64,000 nucleotides of DNA from Dehalococcoidia bacterium (GCA_965197585.1 OZ240215.1:864001-928000), one strand, 5' to 3'. Shown: positions 9,808-19,912, counted from the first letter of the stretch. The notes: a model not told the origin generated them from the letters alone. Made by a program: numbers and translations.

Positions 9808-11443
9808 AGGATTGCTGCTGAAATCTCGGCAGCTTATAACGATGGCCGGATCGCCGAGTCGGGACCAGGATGCCGTTGCGGTGAAAGGGGACACGATTGC
9901 CGGGGTAGGGCCCAGGGACGCAGTGTCGGGAACTCTCGGGCAAGACTTCACCACCTACGATTTCGGGAACCGGCCCATAATGCCGGGATTCGTCGACGTC
10001 CACGTACACCCGGAGATGGCCTCGTTGGCCTTGTATAACCGGGTCGACGTACACACTCCTCCCCGAGAGACGATAGACGACGTTATCGAAGCCTTTCGGG
10101 AGAGGATGGACATGGCGGAGGAGACGGGCTGGCTGTTTGGCCACGGGAGCCTGTTCCAAGACCAGAAGCTGAAGGATAAACGCCTCCCCGACCGCCACGA
10201 CCTGGACAAAGTGAGCACCGATATCCCTGTGGCGATGATGGCCGGCGGCCACAACCTGATACTGAACTCCAAGGCCCTGGAGATCGTGGGCATAGGCCCG
10301 GGTTTCCGAGTCCCGGCGGGCGCCACGGTGGAGCTCGATGACTCGGGGCACCCCAACGGAATCATCAAGGACCTCGAGCACCTGCTCCCCATCCCCCGCC
10401 CCGACTTGTCTACCAAGGAGAAGGCCCTTAAGGCGATATCCCGTGAGCATTTGACCGCCAACGGCGTGACGACAATTGGGGACATATCTCACAGCTCCGA
10501 GGGAATCGGGCTGGCAGATCGGCTGATCGGCAGCGGCGATATCAACATCCGCTTCAGGACGTACATTTGGGTGCCGCGCCTCATGTCGATAAACGATGCT
10601 TGCCGGTGGCAGGAACACCTGACCATCAACTCCGACGACAAGTACATGCGCATTCAAGGGGTCAAGATGTTCGCCGACGGCGGGTACTCCGCGGCGCTGG
10701 CAGCGGTGAAGCTGCCCTACGTCGGGCGGAATGGGTCGAGAGGGAAGCTGGCATTGAACCGTAGGCAAATCCTGAATGCGATGGTTGGGACCCGAGAGGC
10801 GGGTCTGCAGCTGATCATCCACTGCAACGGTGAGAGGGCCCAGGAATCGATGTGCAAGGTGGCTATCGAACTTGGTGACCCGCCCACGGGCCGCATGGTG
10901 AACCGCATGGAGCACGCCGGGAACTTCGTGTCGGACCCTGGGACCCGGGAACTCTGGCGCAGGGCAGGCATCATGCCGGCGCCCCAGGCCGTTTTCCTCT
11001 ACACCTTCGGAGACTACTTCCCGGTGTACATGGGCGACTATGCCAGCAAGGGCAGGTTCTCGTTCCGCACCATGTTGGACGATGGGTGGGAGCTGCCCTG
11101 CAGCTCAGACGGCTCGGGCTCCGAGGTCAGGCACCTGAACCCATTCTTCAGCATCTGGTGCGCCGTGAAACGTCAGACGTTCACCGGACAAATAATCGAC
11201 CCGGAGCAGAGGGTGTCGGTAGACGAAGCGCTGAAGATGCACACCATCTATCCGGCGGCTGCTCTCGGCGAGCAAGATTCAAAGGGAAGCCTGGAGGCGG
11301 GCAAGTTGGCCGACATCGTGGTCCTGAACCGGGACCCGATGGGCATGACGGGCGACGAACTGTTGGACGTGAAAGTGGACTACGTGTTTCTCGGGGGGCG
11401 GGAAGTCTACCGGAGGCCGGGGTCCGAGCCCTACACGACGTAG
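9791..11443 (+). CDS. Amidohydrolase, YtcJ/Amidohydro_3-like
   Basis: MPGFVDVHVH, K.FADG, HCNG, RMEHA, GSLEAGKLADIVVL; overlaps the LLM gene end. Confidence 0.9.
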   Translation: MASEDRGLLLKSRQLITMAGSPSRDQDAVAVKGDTIAGVGPRDAVSGTLGQDFTTYDFGNRPIMPGFVDVHVHPEMASLALYNRVDVHTPPRETIDDVIEAFRERMDMAEETGWLFGHGSLFQDQKLKDKRLPDRHDLDKVSTDIPVAMMAGGHNLILNSKALEIVGIGPGFRVPAGATVELDDSGHPNGIIKDLEHLLPIPRPDLSTKEKALKAISREHLTANGVTTIGDISHSSEGIGLADRLIGSGDINIRFRTYIWVPRLMSINDACRWQEHLTINSDDKYMRIQGVKMFADGGYSAALAAVKLPYVGRNGSRGKLALNRRQILNAMVGTREAGLQLIIHCNGERAQESMCKVAIELGDPPTGRMVNRMEHAGNFVSDPGTRELWRRAGIMPAPQAVFLYTFGDYFPVYMGDYASKGRFSFRTMLDDGWELPCSSDGSGSEVRHLNPFFSIWCAVKRQTFTGQIIDPEQRVSVDEALKMHTIYPAAALGEQDSKGSLEAGKLADIVVLNRDPMGMTGDELLDVKVDYVFLGGREVYRRPGSEPYTT

Positions 11444-11468
11444 CCCCGCAGCCGAGAGCAGGCTCTCG

Positions 11469-12320
11469 TTAGGTCAGGAACTCCTGTTTCCATTGGTCGT
11501 AGGCGTCCTGGCCTAGGGCGATGTTCATCGTTTCCTCGGGGGCGAGGGTGCTTTTGAGGTCGTCGGCTCCCAGGCCCGACTTCTGCGCTTTGTAGGTATC
11601 GAAGAGCGCCTTTATCGCTGCCCGGATGGGCAGGTGGCCCTTCTGTGCGATTCTTACTCCAACGGATGCCAGGCGATCAAGGTCGTCAAGCTCTGGGGAA
11701 CTTGAGCCCGTGAGGAGAGGGATGGGTGCGGCCTTACGCACTTCTTCCAAGAGGGCGATGGTAGAGATACCGGTGAAGAAAAGCGCATCTACACCCAGCT
11801 TGGCATAGGCGCGGGCGCGCTCCACAACGGAGTCGGGGCCTGCGATGCTTCTACCGATAATTACGAGAGATTGGTCGCGCCGGGCCCTCAGGGCGGCGTT
11901 GAGCTTGCCGGTCATTTCTGCGATGGAGATCAGCTGCAAGTCGGGGCCCGAGGCGAAGGGGGCCGGAAGCACGGTGTCCTCGATTGTCAGGGCGGAAACT
12001 CCGGCGTTCTCCATCTCCTCGACGGTTCGCATGACGTTAAGGGCGTTTCCGTAGCCGTGGTCGGCGTCGACCATAAGGCTGATGTCGGATGCCCGGGTGA
12101 TGCGCCGGGCCTGGTCGGCGAACTCGGTGAGGGTGATTAGAGTCCAGTCGGGAGCGCCAATGGCCACGGCGGACGCTATAGACCCGGCGAGCATGCCGAT
12201 CTCGAAGCCTGCGGCCTCGGCGAGACGGGCGGACATGGCGTCGAACACGGAGGCAGGCCGGACGCAGCCGTCGCGGGCGAGGTAGTCTCTGAACCGCATC
12301 CGGCGTTCTGTTACAAGCAT
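11469..12320 (-). CDS. Isocitrate lyase/PEP mutase family, oxaloacetate decarboxylase-like
   Basis: VFDAMSAR, LMVDADHGYGNALNV, IEDTVLP (lacks the KRCGH of methylisocitrate lyases). Confidence 0.85.
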   Translation of the reverse strand: MLVTERRMRFRDYLARDGCVRPASVFDAMSARLAEAAGFEIGMLAGSIASAVAIGAPDWTLITLTEFADQARRITRASDISLMVDADHGYGNALNVMRTVEEMENAGVSALTIEDTVLPAPFASGPDLQLISIAEMTGKLNAALRARRDQSLVIIGRSIAGPDSVVERARAYAKLGVDALFFTGISTIALLEEVRKAAPIPLLTGSSSPELDDLDRLASVGVRIAQKGHLPIRAAIKALFDTYKAQKSGLGADDLKSTLAPEETMNIALGQDAYDQWKQEFLT

Positions 12321-12465
12321 GTAGTCGTCCTTTGGCAGGGGTGTCGGGGGACAGTATAGCGGGTGGGGGGAGTTCAGGAGCGCCCATTTAACGTCAGCGT
12401 TGACAGGATATGGCTGTTGACGGACAATTGTTTCCGTACATTTGAGCACGTACAGGGAGGAATAC

Positions 12466-12714
12466 ATGGCAAGGTTGGACGTGCGTCTTGATTCGGAGCA
12501 CCGCCGAAGGCTGGAAATACTGGTTGAAGAAAAGGGCGAGCCGATTTCCGAAGTTGTCAGGCGTTTGATAGACGACGCATACGAAGAAATAATGCTGGGG
12601 CGTCGCATACGGGCTGTCGAAAGGATAGGAAGCCTGGAAGTTGAAGACGTCCCCGACCCCGAGCAGCTGTCCCGAGAACTGGAGGCGGCTCATGAGCCCG
12701 GCGGCCTTTATTGA
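12466..12714 (+). CDS. Antitoxin (ribbon-helix-helix/CopG-like) of VapBC pair
   Basis: Small protein with RHH-like ISEVVRRLID; overlaps the downstream PIN gene; GGAGG SD. Confidence 0.7.
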   Translation: MARLDVRLDSEHRRRLEILVEEKGEPISEVVRRLIDDAYEEIMLGRRIRAVERIGSLEVEDVPDPEQLSRELEAAHEPGGLY

Positions 12715-13141
12715 CGCAAACATCCCGATCTATGCGGGTGGGAGAGAGCATCCTTACAAGGCGCCCTGCTTGCAAGTATTGAGGGTGGTTGCTCTACATC
12801 CGCGGTCATTCTTTACCGATAGCGAAGTGCTGCAAGAACTCTTGCACCGATACCGCTCTTCCGGTAGATGGGCATTGGGCCGAGATATCTTTCAGTCCTT
12901 CGCGGAGGCCATGCGCTACAGAGTGGAGCCTGTATTCCTCGAAGACGTCGAGTGGGCCGGCGATCTCGCGGACCGTTACCCGGAGGTGAGTTCTCGTGAC
13001 CTGGTTCATGCAGCAGTGATGAAACGGCTGGGCGTCGACCGCATCATTTCAGCGGACACGGACTTTGACAACTTGCCGGGCGTAATCCGACTGGCCCCTG
13101 CCGAAGTAGGGGAATGGGGCGGTTCCTTGCTGATAAGCTAA
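12692..13141 (+). CDS. vapC: PIN-domain VapC toxin
   Basis: FIDANIPIY, EVLQE, RDLVHAA, IISADTDFD. Confidence 0.9.
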   Translation: MSPAAFIDANIPIYAGGREHPYKAPCLQVLRVVALHPRSFFTDSEVLQELLHRYRSSGRWALGRDIFQSFAEAMRYRVEPVFLEDVEWAGDLADRYPEVSSRDLVHAAVMKRLGVDRIISADTDFDNLPGVIRLAPAEVGEWGGSLLIS

Positions 13142-13249
13142 GGTTGAATACTGGTAGTCGCCATGCAGCTTGGCGCACAGTGGTAGGTATAATGATGTAC
13201 GAGTGCATCCCACTCTCACTCAACTAGACTTTTCGTAGAGAGGCACGAT

Positions 13250-13810
13250 ATGGACGTTAGACAGATGGTGGAACAGAGTTTCGAAGAACTGGAAATGGAA
13301 TTGGCACACATGCTGGAGGACCTGACCCGGGAGGAATTGCTCTGGAGGCCCGACGAGGACTCCAACTCGATATGCTTTCTCGTTTGGCACATGAGTCGGG
13401 CCGAGGACATATTTATCAGCGACTATTCGTTAAGGCAGCCCCAGGTGTTTGAGAGAGGGGGCTGGTCCACTCGGTGGGGTATAGCGGCGGACGAAACGGG
13501 ATTCGGGTACGGACGGGAGCAGTTGGCGGCATTCCCTAACCCGCCTCTTGAGGAGCTTGTCCAGTATAGGCGTGAGGTGCGCACCGAAAGCAGGGCCTAC
13601 CATCGCTCCCTAAAGCCCTATGACTATGACCACATCCCGCCGAGCGATCACCCGAGGCGACGGGGCTACACGATAGGCAGGGTGTGGACCCATCTTATCT
13701 GTGAGATTGCACAGCACGTCGGGCAGATTTCGTATCTGAGGGGCCAGCAGAGGGGAATGAACAAGCGGGGCAGTGTAGGGGATTGGAGTTGGGTTACCCG
13801 GGAGGGATGA
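13250..13810 (+). CDS. DinB family protein
   Basis: NSI..LVWH..R.ED and HL.....H.GQI.YLR motifs. Confidence 0.85.
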   Translation: MDVRQMVEQSFEELEMELAHMLEDLTREELLWRPDEDSNSICFLVWHMSRAEDIFISDYSLRQPQVFERGGWSTRWGIAADETGFGYGREQLAAFPNPPLEELVQYRREVRTESRAYHRSLKPYDYDHIPPSDHPRRRGYTIGRVWTHLICEIAQHVGQISYLRGQQRGMNKRGSVGDWSWVTREG

Positions 13811-13860
13811 CCCCTCTAAGAGTCAAGTAAACATCGAAAATACAGAGCGTTCTTTGATAC

Positions 13861-14739
13861 TTACTTATCCGCTACAGGCAGATTGGACTCCGCCAGACGA
13901 GTGAAGCCTAAACTGCTGCAGAATTCCTGGAAGCCGGGGTTGGGGAGGCCGCTCCATTGCAGGTCCTCCAGTTCCTCCTCAAGGGGGACGTCTGTCCTTA
14001 GGGTCGCCAGCTTCTTGTAGAGAAGAGCTTCGGGATGCATGTTTTCCAGGTTTTGGGAGAGGGCCTTGGCGCCGCGCACCTTTACATTCCACTGGTCGGG
14101 GTCCGCCGGTATGCTCTCGACGTTCTGATAGGAACTGAGGATGGTTGCAGTGCTGGATGCGCCCCAGCGAGGGATGCCGGGAATTCCGTCTGCATTGTCC
14201 CCGACCAAGGCTAAGTAGTCGGGGATAGACGTAGGTGGTACGCCGAACTTCTCTATGACCGCATGTTCGTCGAGGACGATCTCCCGTCTTCTGTCCAGGC
14301 AGACCACCTTGTCGCCGGAGATGACTTGGCAAAGGTCCTTATCGGGAGAGCAGATGACTACCTGCTCAATTTCCTCGGCGTTCTGCCATCCAACGGCGGC
14401 GGTGGCGAGGGCGTCGTCGGCTTCAAATTCAACCATAGGCCAAACGACTATACCAAGCGCACGCACCGCGTCCTCGGCCAGTGAGAACTGTGCTGCAAGC
14501 TCCTCCGGAATGCCCGTCCCGTCCTTGTACCCCTTGAATAGGTCGTTGCGGAATGAGGTGATGACGTGGTCAAAGGCGCAGGCAACGTGGGTGACGTCGG
14601 GCTGGCGCAGTAGCAAGAGGAGGGTCTGCACCAAGCCCCTGACCGCTCCCACGGGCCGACCGTCGGGGGCGGAGAGGGGCGGCATCGCAAAATGGGCGCG
14701 GAACAACTCGTAGGTGCCGTCTATCAGGTGCAGCTTCAT
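13861..14739 (-). CDS. 5'-3' exonuclease / flap endonuclease (stand-alone PolI N-terminal-like)
   Basis: LIDGTYELFRA, FEADD, SPDKDL, ALVGD.ADGIPGIP. Confidence 0.92.
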   Translation of the reverse strand: MKLHLIDGTYELFRAHFAMPPLSAPDGRPVGAVRGLVQTLLLLLRQPDVTHVACAFDHVITSFRNDLFKGYKDGTGIPEELAAQFSLAEDAVRALGIVVWPMVEFEADDALATAAVGWQNAEEIEQVVICSPDKDLCQVISGDKVVCLDRRREIVLDEHAVIEKFGVPPTSIPDYLALVGDNADGIPGIPRWGASSTATILSSYQNVESIPADPDQWNVKVRGAKALSQNLENMHPEALLYKKLATLRTDVPLEEELEDLQWSGLPNPGFQEFCSSLGFTRLAESNLPVADK

Positions 14740-14836
14740 AATGACCTCGCGGTTGAGGATTATACATGGGTGGGGGACACACATAGTCTGGTATTCTCGT
14801 GGAAGCGAGAATCTGAGGAGAGGCAATCGCGAACAC

Positions 14837-15688
14837 ATGAAAGATAAGACGGTGTTAATCACCGGTGCGAACGCAGGTATTGGTCTGACTACGTCAGTTG
14901 GGCTTGCGAAGCTCGGGGCCCGGGTCCTGATGGTGAGCCGGGATGAGGGGCGAGGCCGGAAAGCGCATCAATTGGTCAAAGAGAAGTCAGGGAACAGTGA
15001 TGTGCATCTGCTCATTGCCGAGCTTTCAGATCAAGACTCGATAAGAAAGTTCGCACGAGAGGTGAAAGAAGGCTTCGGGGAACTTCACGTGCTGTTGAAC
15101 AACGCGGCGGTGATACCACGTCGGCGGGAGGTCACGGGTGACGGATTTGAGAGGCAGTTCGCCGTGAATCACCTTGCTTACTTTCTGCTGACGGGCCTGC
15201 TGCTTGATCTTCTGAAAGCTAACTCCCCGGCGCGCATAGTGAACGTTTCATCGCAAGTACATGCGGGTGCGGTGATCGATTTTGAGGACCTGCACTCCGA
15301 ACGAGGCTATACCCGAACCAAGGTATATGGTCGGACTAAGCTGGCTAACATCCTCTTCACATACGAGCTTTCCAGGCGGCTGAAAGGGACTGGGGTCACT
15401 GTCAACTGCCTTCATCCGGGGATAGTGGCTACCAACCTGCTGGCCGACGCCGGAGGATTGCCGCGCAAGCTAAAGGCCGTGACCAGGATAATTTCAGTCG
15501 ATGCGGAGGCCGGGGCCCGGACGTCGGTCTACCTCGCATCGTCGGAGGAAGTTGAGGGAGTGAGTGGGCGTTACTTCGTGCGGGAGCGTGTGGTCGAGTC
15601 GTCTCGTGAGTCTTACGACGAGACAGTAGCGAGGCTCTTGTGGGACGTAAGTTGTGAGATGACGGGACTGAACGTGGATTGGGCCTGA
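14837..15688 (+). CDS. SDR family oxidoreductase (retinol dehydrogenase-like)
   Basis: ITGANAGIG, NNAA, VNHL.YF, YGRTKLAN, LHPG. Confidence 0.92.
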   Translation: MKDKTVLITGANAGIGLTTSVGLAKLGARVLMVSRDEGRGRKAHQLVKEKSGNSDVHLLIAELSDQDSIRKFAREVKEGFGELHVLLNNAAVIPRRREVTGDGFERQFAVNHLAYFLLTGLLLDLLKANSPARIVNVSSQVHAGAVIDFEDLHSERGYTRTKVYGRTKLANILFTYELSRRLKGTGVTVNCLHPGIVATNLLADAGGLPRKLKAVTRIISVDAEAGARTSVYLASSEEVEGVSGRYFVRERVVESSRESYDETVARLLWDVSCEMTGLNVDWA

Positions 15689-15694
15689 TCTCGG

Positions 15695-16564
15695 CTAAGA
15701 ACTCAGGAAATTCAGGATAAGGCGCGCCGTTTCCTCGGGTTCTTCAAGGTGGACGAAGTGGCCCGTACCGGGGATGACTACCTTCGTCAATGGGCCTGAG
15801 AATAGGTGGTCCATCTGCTCGAAAGATTCGAGGCGCTTGGGACGGTCATGGGTGCCGTGAAGAGCGAGAGTGGGCACGGTGACGGGGCCGACAACCAGTT
15901 TGGGCTCGGTATCTTCGAGGCTGGGGTCTCGCAGAGACGCGTTGATGGCATGGCGGTAGTAATTGAGAGCGGCTTTCACTACTCCCGGTTGTCGGAAAGT
16001 CTTCTTCACCGACTCCAGCAACTCGGGCGGGATGTCCCAGTTGGGAGAAGCGTTCTTCCACCAGTCGACGATAAACTGAAAGTCGTCGTGAGGGAGGGTG
16101 TCCTCGGCGGAAGGAAGCTGGAAGTAGTAGGAATGCCAGGTGCCTCGCAGGTAGTCGAAGTCCCGATCAAGGGACGCTCCGGGGTGAGCGGAGCCTAGGG
16201 TGATCAGCTTTGTCACCTTTTCGGGATCGAGGGTCGCGGCAGAGTAGGTGGCTAGGGCGCCCCAGTCGTGACCGATGAGGATAGCAGAATCGGCCCCTAG
16301 AGCCTGGATCAGGTCCAAGGCGTCCCGGCCAAGCACGGCCGACTGATATCTTCCGTCAGCCGGGACAGGTGTGGGAGCATAACCCCGCATGAAGGGGGCA
16401 ACGGCTCGGTAGCCGACGTCGGCGAGTTTAGGGAGAAGATAGCGATAGGTGTAGGCGTTGTCGGGGAAGCCGTGGAAGCAGAGGACAAGAGGCCCGCTCC
16501 CCGCCTCGACATAGCTGAAGTCGACCGCATTTGCCGTTATGGTCCCAGTCTTGAAGTCCTGCAT
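15695..16564 (-). CDS. Alpha/beta hydrolase (epoxide hydrolase-like)
   Basis: HGFPD, GHDWG nucleophile motif, GHFVH.E. Confidence 0.92.
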   Translation of the reverse strand: MQDFKTGTITANAVDFSYVEAGSGPLVLCFHGFPDNAYTYRYLLPKLADVGYRAVAPFMRGYAPTPVPADGRYQSAVLGRDALDLIQALGADSAILIGHDWGALATYSAATLDPEKVTKLITLGSAHPGASLDRDFDYLRGTWHSYYFQLPSAEDTLPHDDFQFIVDWWKNASPNWDIPPELLESVKKTFRQPGVVKAALNYYRHAINASLRDPSLEDTEPKLVVGPVTVPTLALHGTHDRPKRLESFEQMDHLFSGPLTKVVIPGTGHFVHLEEPEETARLILNFLSS

Positions 16565-16698
16565 GACAGGTAGAGTATGGGGTTTAGGGTGTCGGGTGCA
16601 AGGGGGTAAGAGCGTTGACGGATTGGGTGGGCGGTCTCTAAACTTTTCGGCATTCAATGGCCCAGATTTCGACGGATAACAATGGAACGGAGAAGGCA

Positions 16699-17511
16699 AT
16701 GGGCGAGCTTGATGGAAAAGTAGCAATAGTCACAGGAGCAGGGAGATTGAGGGGGATCGGCAGGGCAGCGTGCGTCGCATTGGCACAGCTGGGAGCGGAC
16801 ATAGTACCGACCGGAACAGGTCGAAACCCGGCCAGCTTCCCGGATGACGAGAAAGCGATAGGCTGGAAGGACATCGAGAGTACGGCGGAACAGGTACGAG
16901 CCCTCGGGCGGAGGGCGTTGCCGTTGGTCGTGGACGTGTCCAACGCGGAGAACGTGGCTGAAATGGCCGCCCAAACGGTACGTGAGTTCGGGCGAATCGA
17001 CATCATGGTGAATAACGCTGCATACGCCCGGGGCGCCGACCGCGTCCCGACGGTGGTCCTGGATGACGCCATATTCAAGAAGGTGGTCGACATCAAGATA
17101 ATGGGAACGTACCTGTGCTCTAAGGCGGCGGCGCAGGTGATACTGGCTCGGGGGGAGGGTGGAAAGATAGTCAACGTGTCGTCGGGGGCGGGAAAGAAGG
17201 GCGATGCCGACACCCTTGCCTATTGCGCCGGATGTTTTGCACAAGTGGCAATGACACAGACGCTGGCCGAGGAGTTGGGCCCTTACGGGGTGAACGTTAA
17301 TTGTGTCTGCCCTGGGGCAGTCGACACCCATAGGATGGACGATCTGGTTTACTCGAACGCATGGGACCAGATGGCCCAGGAAACGCCAATAGGACGGAAC
17401 GGGACGGATGAGGAGGTGGGTGAGTTTATAGCCTACCTTTGCACTAAGGCGTCGTCGTGGATACACGGCCAGTCCATAAACATCGACGGCGGCCTGATAA
17501 TGGAACACTAG
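16699..17511 (+). CDS. SDR family oxidoreductase, tandem copy 1
   Basis: VAIVTGAGRLRGIG, NNA, NVSS, VNCVCPG, IDGG. Confidence 0.92.
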   Translation: MGELDGKVAIVTGAGRLRGIGRAACVALAQLGADIVPTGTGRNPASFPDDEKAIGWKDIESTAEQVRALGRRALPLVVDVSNAENVAEMAAQTVREFGRIDIMVNNAAYARGADRVPTVVLDDAIFKKVVDIKIMGTYLCSKAAAQVILARGEGGKIVNVSSGAGKKGDADTLAYCAGCFAQVAMTQTLAEELGPYGVNVNCVCPGAVDTHRMDDLVYSNAWDQMAQETPIGRNGTDEEVGEFIAYLCTKASSWIHGQSINIDGGLIMEH

Positions 17512-17615
17512 GGAGAAACGTAGACTGGAGCGCCAGAGCATTTTCTGGGCACGCTTAATACTCATGGGAGCTAGAGTGAACGTGTTTTCGGGATAAGAAT
17601 TGAGTGGAGAACACA

Positions 17616-18428
17616 ATGGGTGAGCTGGACGGAAAAGTAGCGATAGTCACTGGGGCGGGGAGATTGAGGGGCATCGGCAGGGCGGCGTGCGTGGCGCTGG
17701 CCAAGCTGGGCGCAGATATTGTCCCGACGGGAACGGGACGAAACCCGGCCAGCTTCCCGGATGACGAAAAAGCAATAAATTGGAAGGACATCGAGAGTAC
17801 GGCGGAGCAGGTGCGGGCTCTCGGGAGGAGGGCTTTGCCGCAAGTGGTGGATGTGTCAAACCCCGAGGACGTGACTGAGATGGCGGCAAACACGGTGCGC
17901 GAGTTCGGGCGGATCGACATTATAGTTAACAACGCTGCCTATGCCCGGGGGGCGGACCGAGTCCCGACAGTCGAGTTAGACGACTACTACTTCAAGAAAG
18001 TGGTGGATATCAAGGTCTGGGGCACATACCTCTGCTCCAAGGCGGCGGCGCAAGTGATGTTGGCCCGGGGCGAGGGTGGCAAGATAATCAACGTGTCGTC
18101 GGGGGCCGGTAAGCGGGGTACAGCCGACGCTCTTGCCTATTGCGCGGGGTGTTTCGCACAGGTGGCAATGACTCAGACTATGGCTGAGGAGCTCGGGCCG
18201 TATGGCGTGAACGTGAATTGCGTCTGCCCAGGTGCAGTCGACACTCACAGAATGGACGACCTGGTCTATTCGGATGCATGGGAGAAGATGGCCCAGACAA
18301 CGCCGATAGGGCGTAACGGAACAGATGACGAAGTTGGAGAGTTCATAGCCTACCTGTGCACCAACGCAGCCTCGTGGATCCACGGCCAGTCGATAAACAT
18401 CGACGGTGGTCTGATAATGGAGCACTAG
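17616..18428 (+). CDS. SDR family oxidoreductase, tandem copy 2
   Basis: Same length as and nearly identical protein to copy 1. Confidence 0.92.
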   Translation: MGELDGKVAIVTGAGRLRGIGRAACVALAKLGADIVPTGTGRNPASFPDDEKAINWKDIESTAEQVRALGRRALPQVVDVSNPEDVTEMAANTVREFGRIDIIVNNAAYARGADRVPTVELDDYYFKKVVDIKVWGTYLCSKAAAQVMLARGEGGKIINVSSGAGKRGTADALAYCAGCFAQVAMTQTMAEELGPYGVNVNCVCPGAVDTHRMDDLVYSDAWEKMAQTTPIGRNGTDDEVGEFIAYLCTNAASWIHGQSINIDGGLIMEH

Positions 18429-18442
18429 GACAGCAAAGAGTG

Positions 18443-18484
18443 AAAAGGCGGAGGGGCTGGCATTGCCAGCCCCTCCGTTCTTTA
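18443..18484. terminator. Bidirectional intrinsic terminator
   Basis: GCGGAGGGGCTGGCA/TGCCAGCCCCTCCGT stem with AAAA 5' and TCTTT 3', between convergent genes. Confidence 0.8.
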
Positions 18485-18504
18485 TGAAGGTTTTAAGGAA
18501 AGGC

Positions 18505-18831
18505 TCAGCGGAGGGCCGCCTTTTCGACAGTATCGGCGATCCATGCGTTGAGGCTCTTGCCTTCAAGGGTGGCCGCGGATACGGCAGCTCGATGGACCTC
18601 CGGGGAAACACGGAGTGAGATTTTGCCAGAACGAGGTTTCTCGGGCTCCGAACCATGTTCCCTACAGAAAGCGATATAGTCATCGACCGAAAACTCGAAC
18701 TCCTTTTGAAGCTGCGCAGGAGTTTCTGCTTGAAAATGGATAGTGTCTCCGATATTAACTACAAGGCCGGACAGTATCCCTTCTTCCAAGTCGATGTCGA
18801 CTTTGGCTATGTACCCTTTATACGTCAACAT
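18505..18831 (-). CDS. hicB: HicB family antitoxin
   Basis: YKGYIA.V..D, SVDDY..FC, PEKP.SGK.SLRVSPE.H, SLNAWI. Confidence 0.92.
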   Translation of the reverse strand: MLTYKGYIAKVDIDLEEGILSGLVVNIGDTIHFQAETPAQLQKEFEFSVDDYIAFCREHGSEPEKPRSGKISLRVSPEVHRAAVSAATLEGKSLNAWIADTVEKAALR

Positions 18832-19081
18832 TGGTGATTCCTGCCTCGCTCAACAAGTGTCTGACGGCCTCTAAAAGATCCTTGCTGGCCTCCGGTCGGG
18901 GGTGAGGACGGTGAAAGACTGCGAAATGTAACTCTAGCCGTACACCAATCCGGGACCCGGCCCGCTCTTCTAACTCAGCCCCCAGGGCCAGGAGGAGCGA
19001 TTCTATGTCATCCCATCGAATTCCTGAACGGGTCGGGGTCTCTAGTATCGCGGCGAGAGTCCTGCGGTGCTTCCGCCTCAC
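18818..19081 (-). CDS. hicA: HicA family toxin
   Basis: KH.RTL..I...P....I.W.DIESLL.ALGA...GSR...FHRPHP. Confidence 0.92.
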   Translation of the reverse strand: MRRKHRRTLAAILETPTRSGIRWDDIESLLLALGAELEERAGSRIGVRLELHFAVFHRPHPRPEASKDLLEAVRHLLSEAGITNVDV

Positions 19082-19911
19082 GATGAAATGATATCACTCT
19101 GTGCTATCATTGTCGATGATCGAGTGGAGGAGGCACGTGGTTTCGGGGAGCGTATTGCCAGGTGGTAAATGGCGAAAGCCAGACCAATGATGCCACCCCC
19201 GACTACCGCGTCCAGGAAGAAATGGTTGGCGGTTACGACTATGGCGGAGAAGGCCACAATTGGGAAAATGACGCCGAATAAGCGCAAGGCTCGACTCCCG
19301 GTTCTTAGGAGCATGATCGAGAAGAGCAGAGTCCACCCGAAGTGCATGCTGGGCATGGCGGAGTGCTGGTTATAGTAGGCGATGGACTGCTTGCTGTTAT
19401 AGAACGCGGGTCCCATGACCTCTATGGAATCTACGAAGCCCTCTTCGAACATCAGCCTGGGTGGGGTGACGGGAAGGGTTAACCACAGCACCCATGTAAT
19501 GACGTAGCTTATGAGGAACACCCTTCGGAAATATACGAATGAATCGTAGCGGAGGCAGAGGAGTGCCACGGCCCCGGGCACTATTACAGGTAGAAAACCC
19601 AGAGAATAGGCCCAGTTGAAGAAGGTCACGATCCACGAGGCCTCGGAGAGGAGGCGGGACTGGAGTGCAGGCTCCCAGTAGATGCCCAGGAATTTCTCGA
19701 TATCGATTACTTTGAGGGCGTTTGTCCGGCCGACTGCCTCAACCTCTTCGAGGAAGACGTGGCGCAGGGACATGTAAACGATGTACCCGAGGACCAGGAG
19801 CGAACCCTCCTTGACGAACCTGTTTTCGAAGAGGGCGCGGAGGGTGGAGATGGGACGCGTCGGGGCACTGGTAAGCAGGGGTGAGGTCGGGGAAAGGCCG
19901 GGGACACGCAA
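19078..19911 (-). CDS. PAP2 superfamily membrane protein (PAP2_3 / IPC synthase-like); start uncertain
   Basis: P.TPPR, N..SAMPSMHFGW, VVTANHFFLD. Confidence 0.85.
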   Translation of the reverse strand: MRVPGLSPTSPLLTSAPTRPISTLRALFENRFVKEGSLLVLGYIVYMSLRHVFLEEVEAVGRTNALKVIDIEKFLGIYWEPALQSRLLSEASWIVTFFNWAYSLGFLPVIVPGAVALLCLRYDSFVYFRRVFLISYVITWVLWLTLPVTPPRLMFEEGFVDSIEVMGPAFYNSKQSIAYYNQHSAMPSMHFGWTLLFSIMLLRTGSRALRLFGVIFPIVAFSAIVVTANHFFLDAVVGGGIIGLAFAIYHLAIRSPKPRASSTRSSTMIAQSDIISS

Positions 19912-19912
19912 G

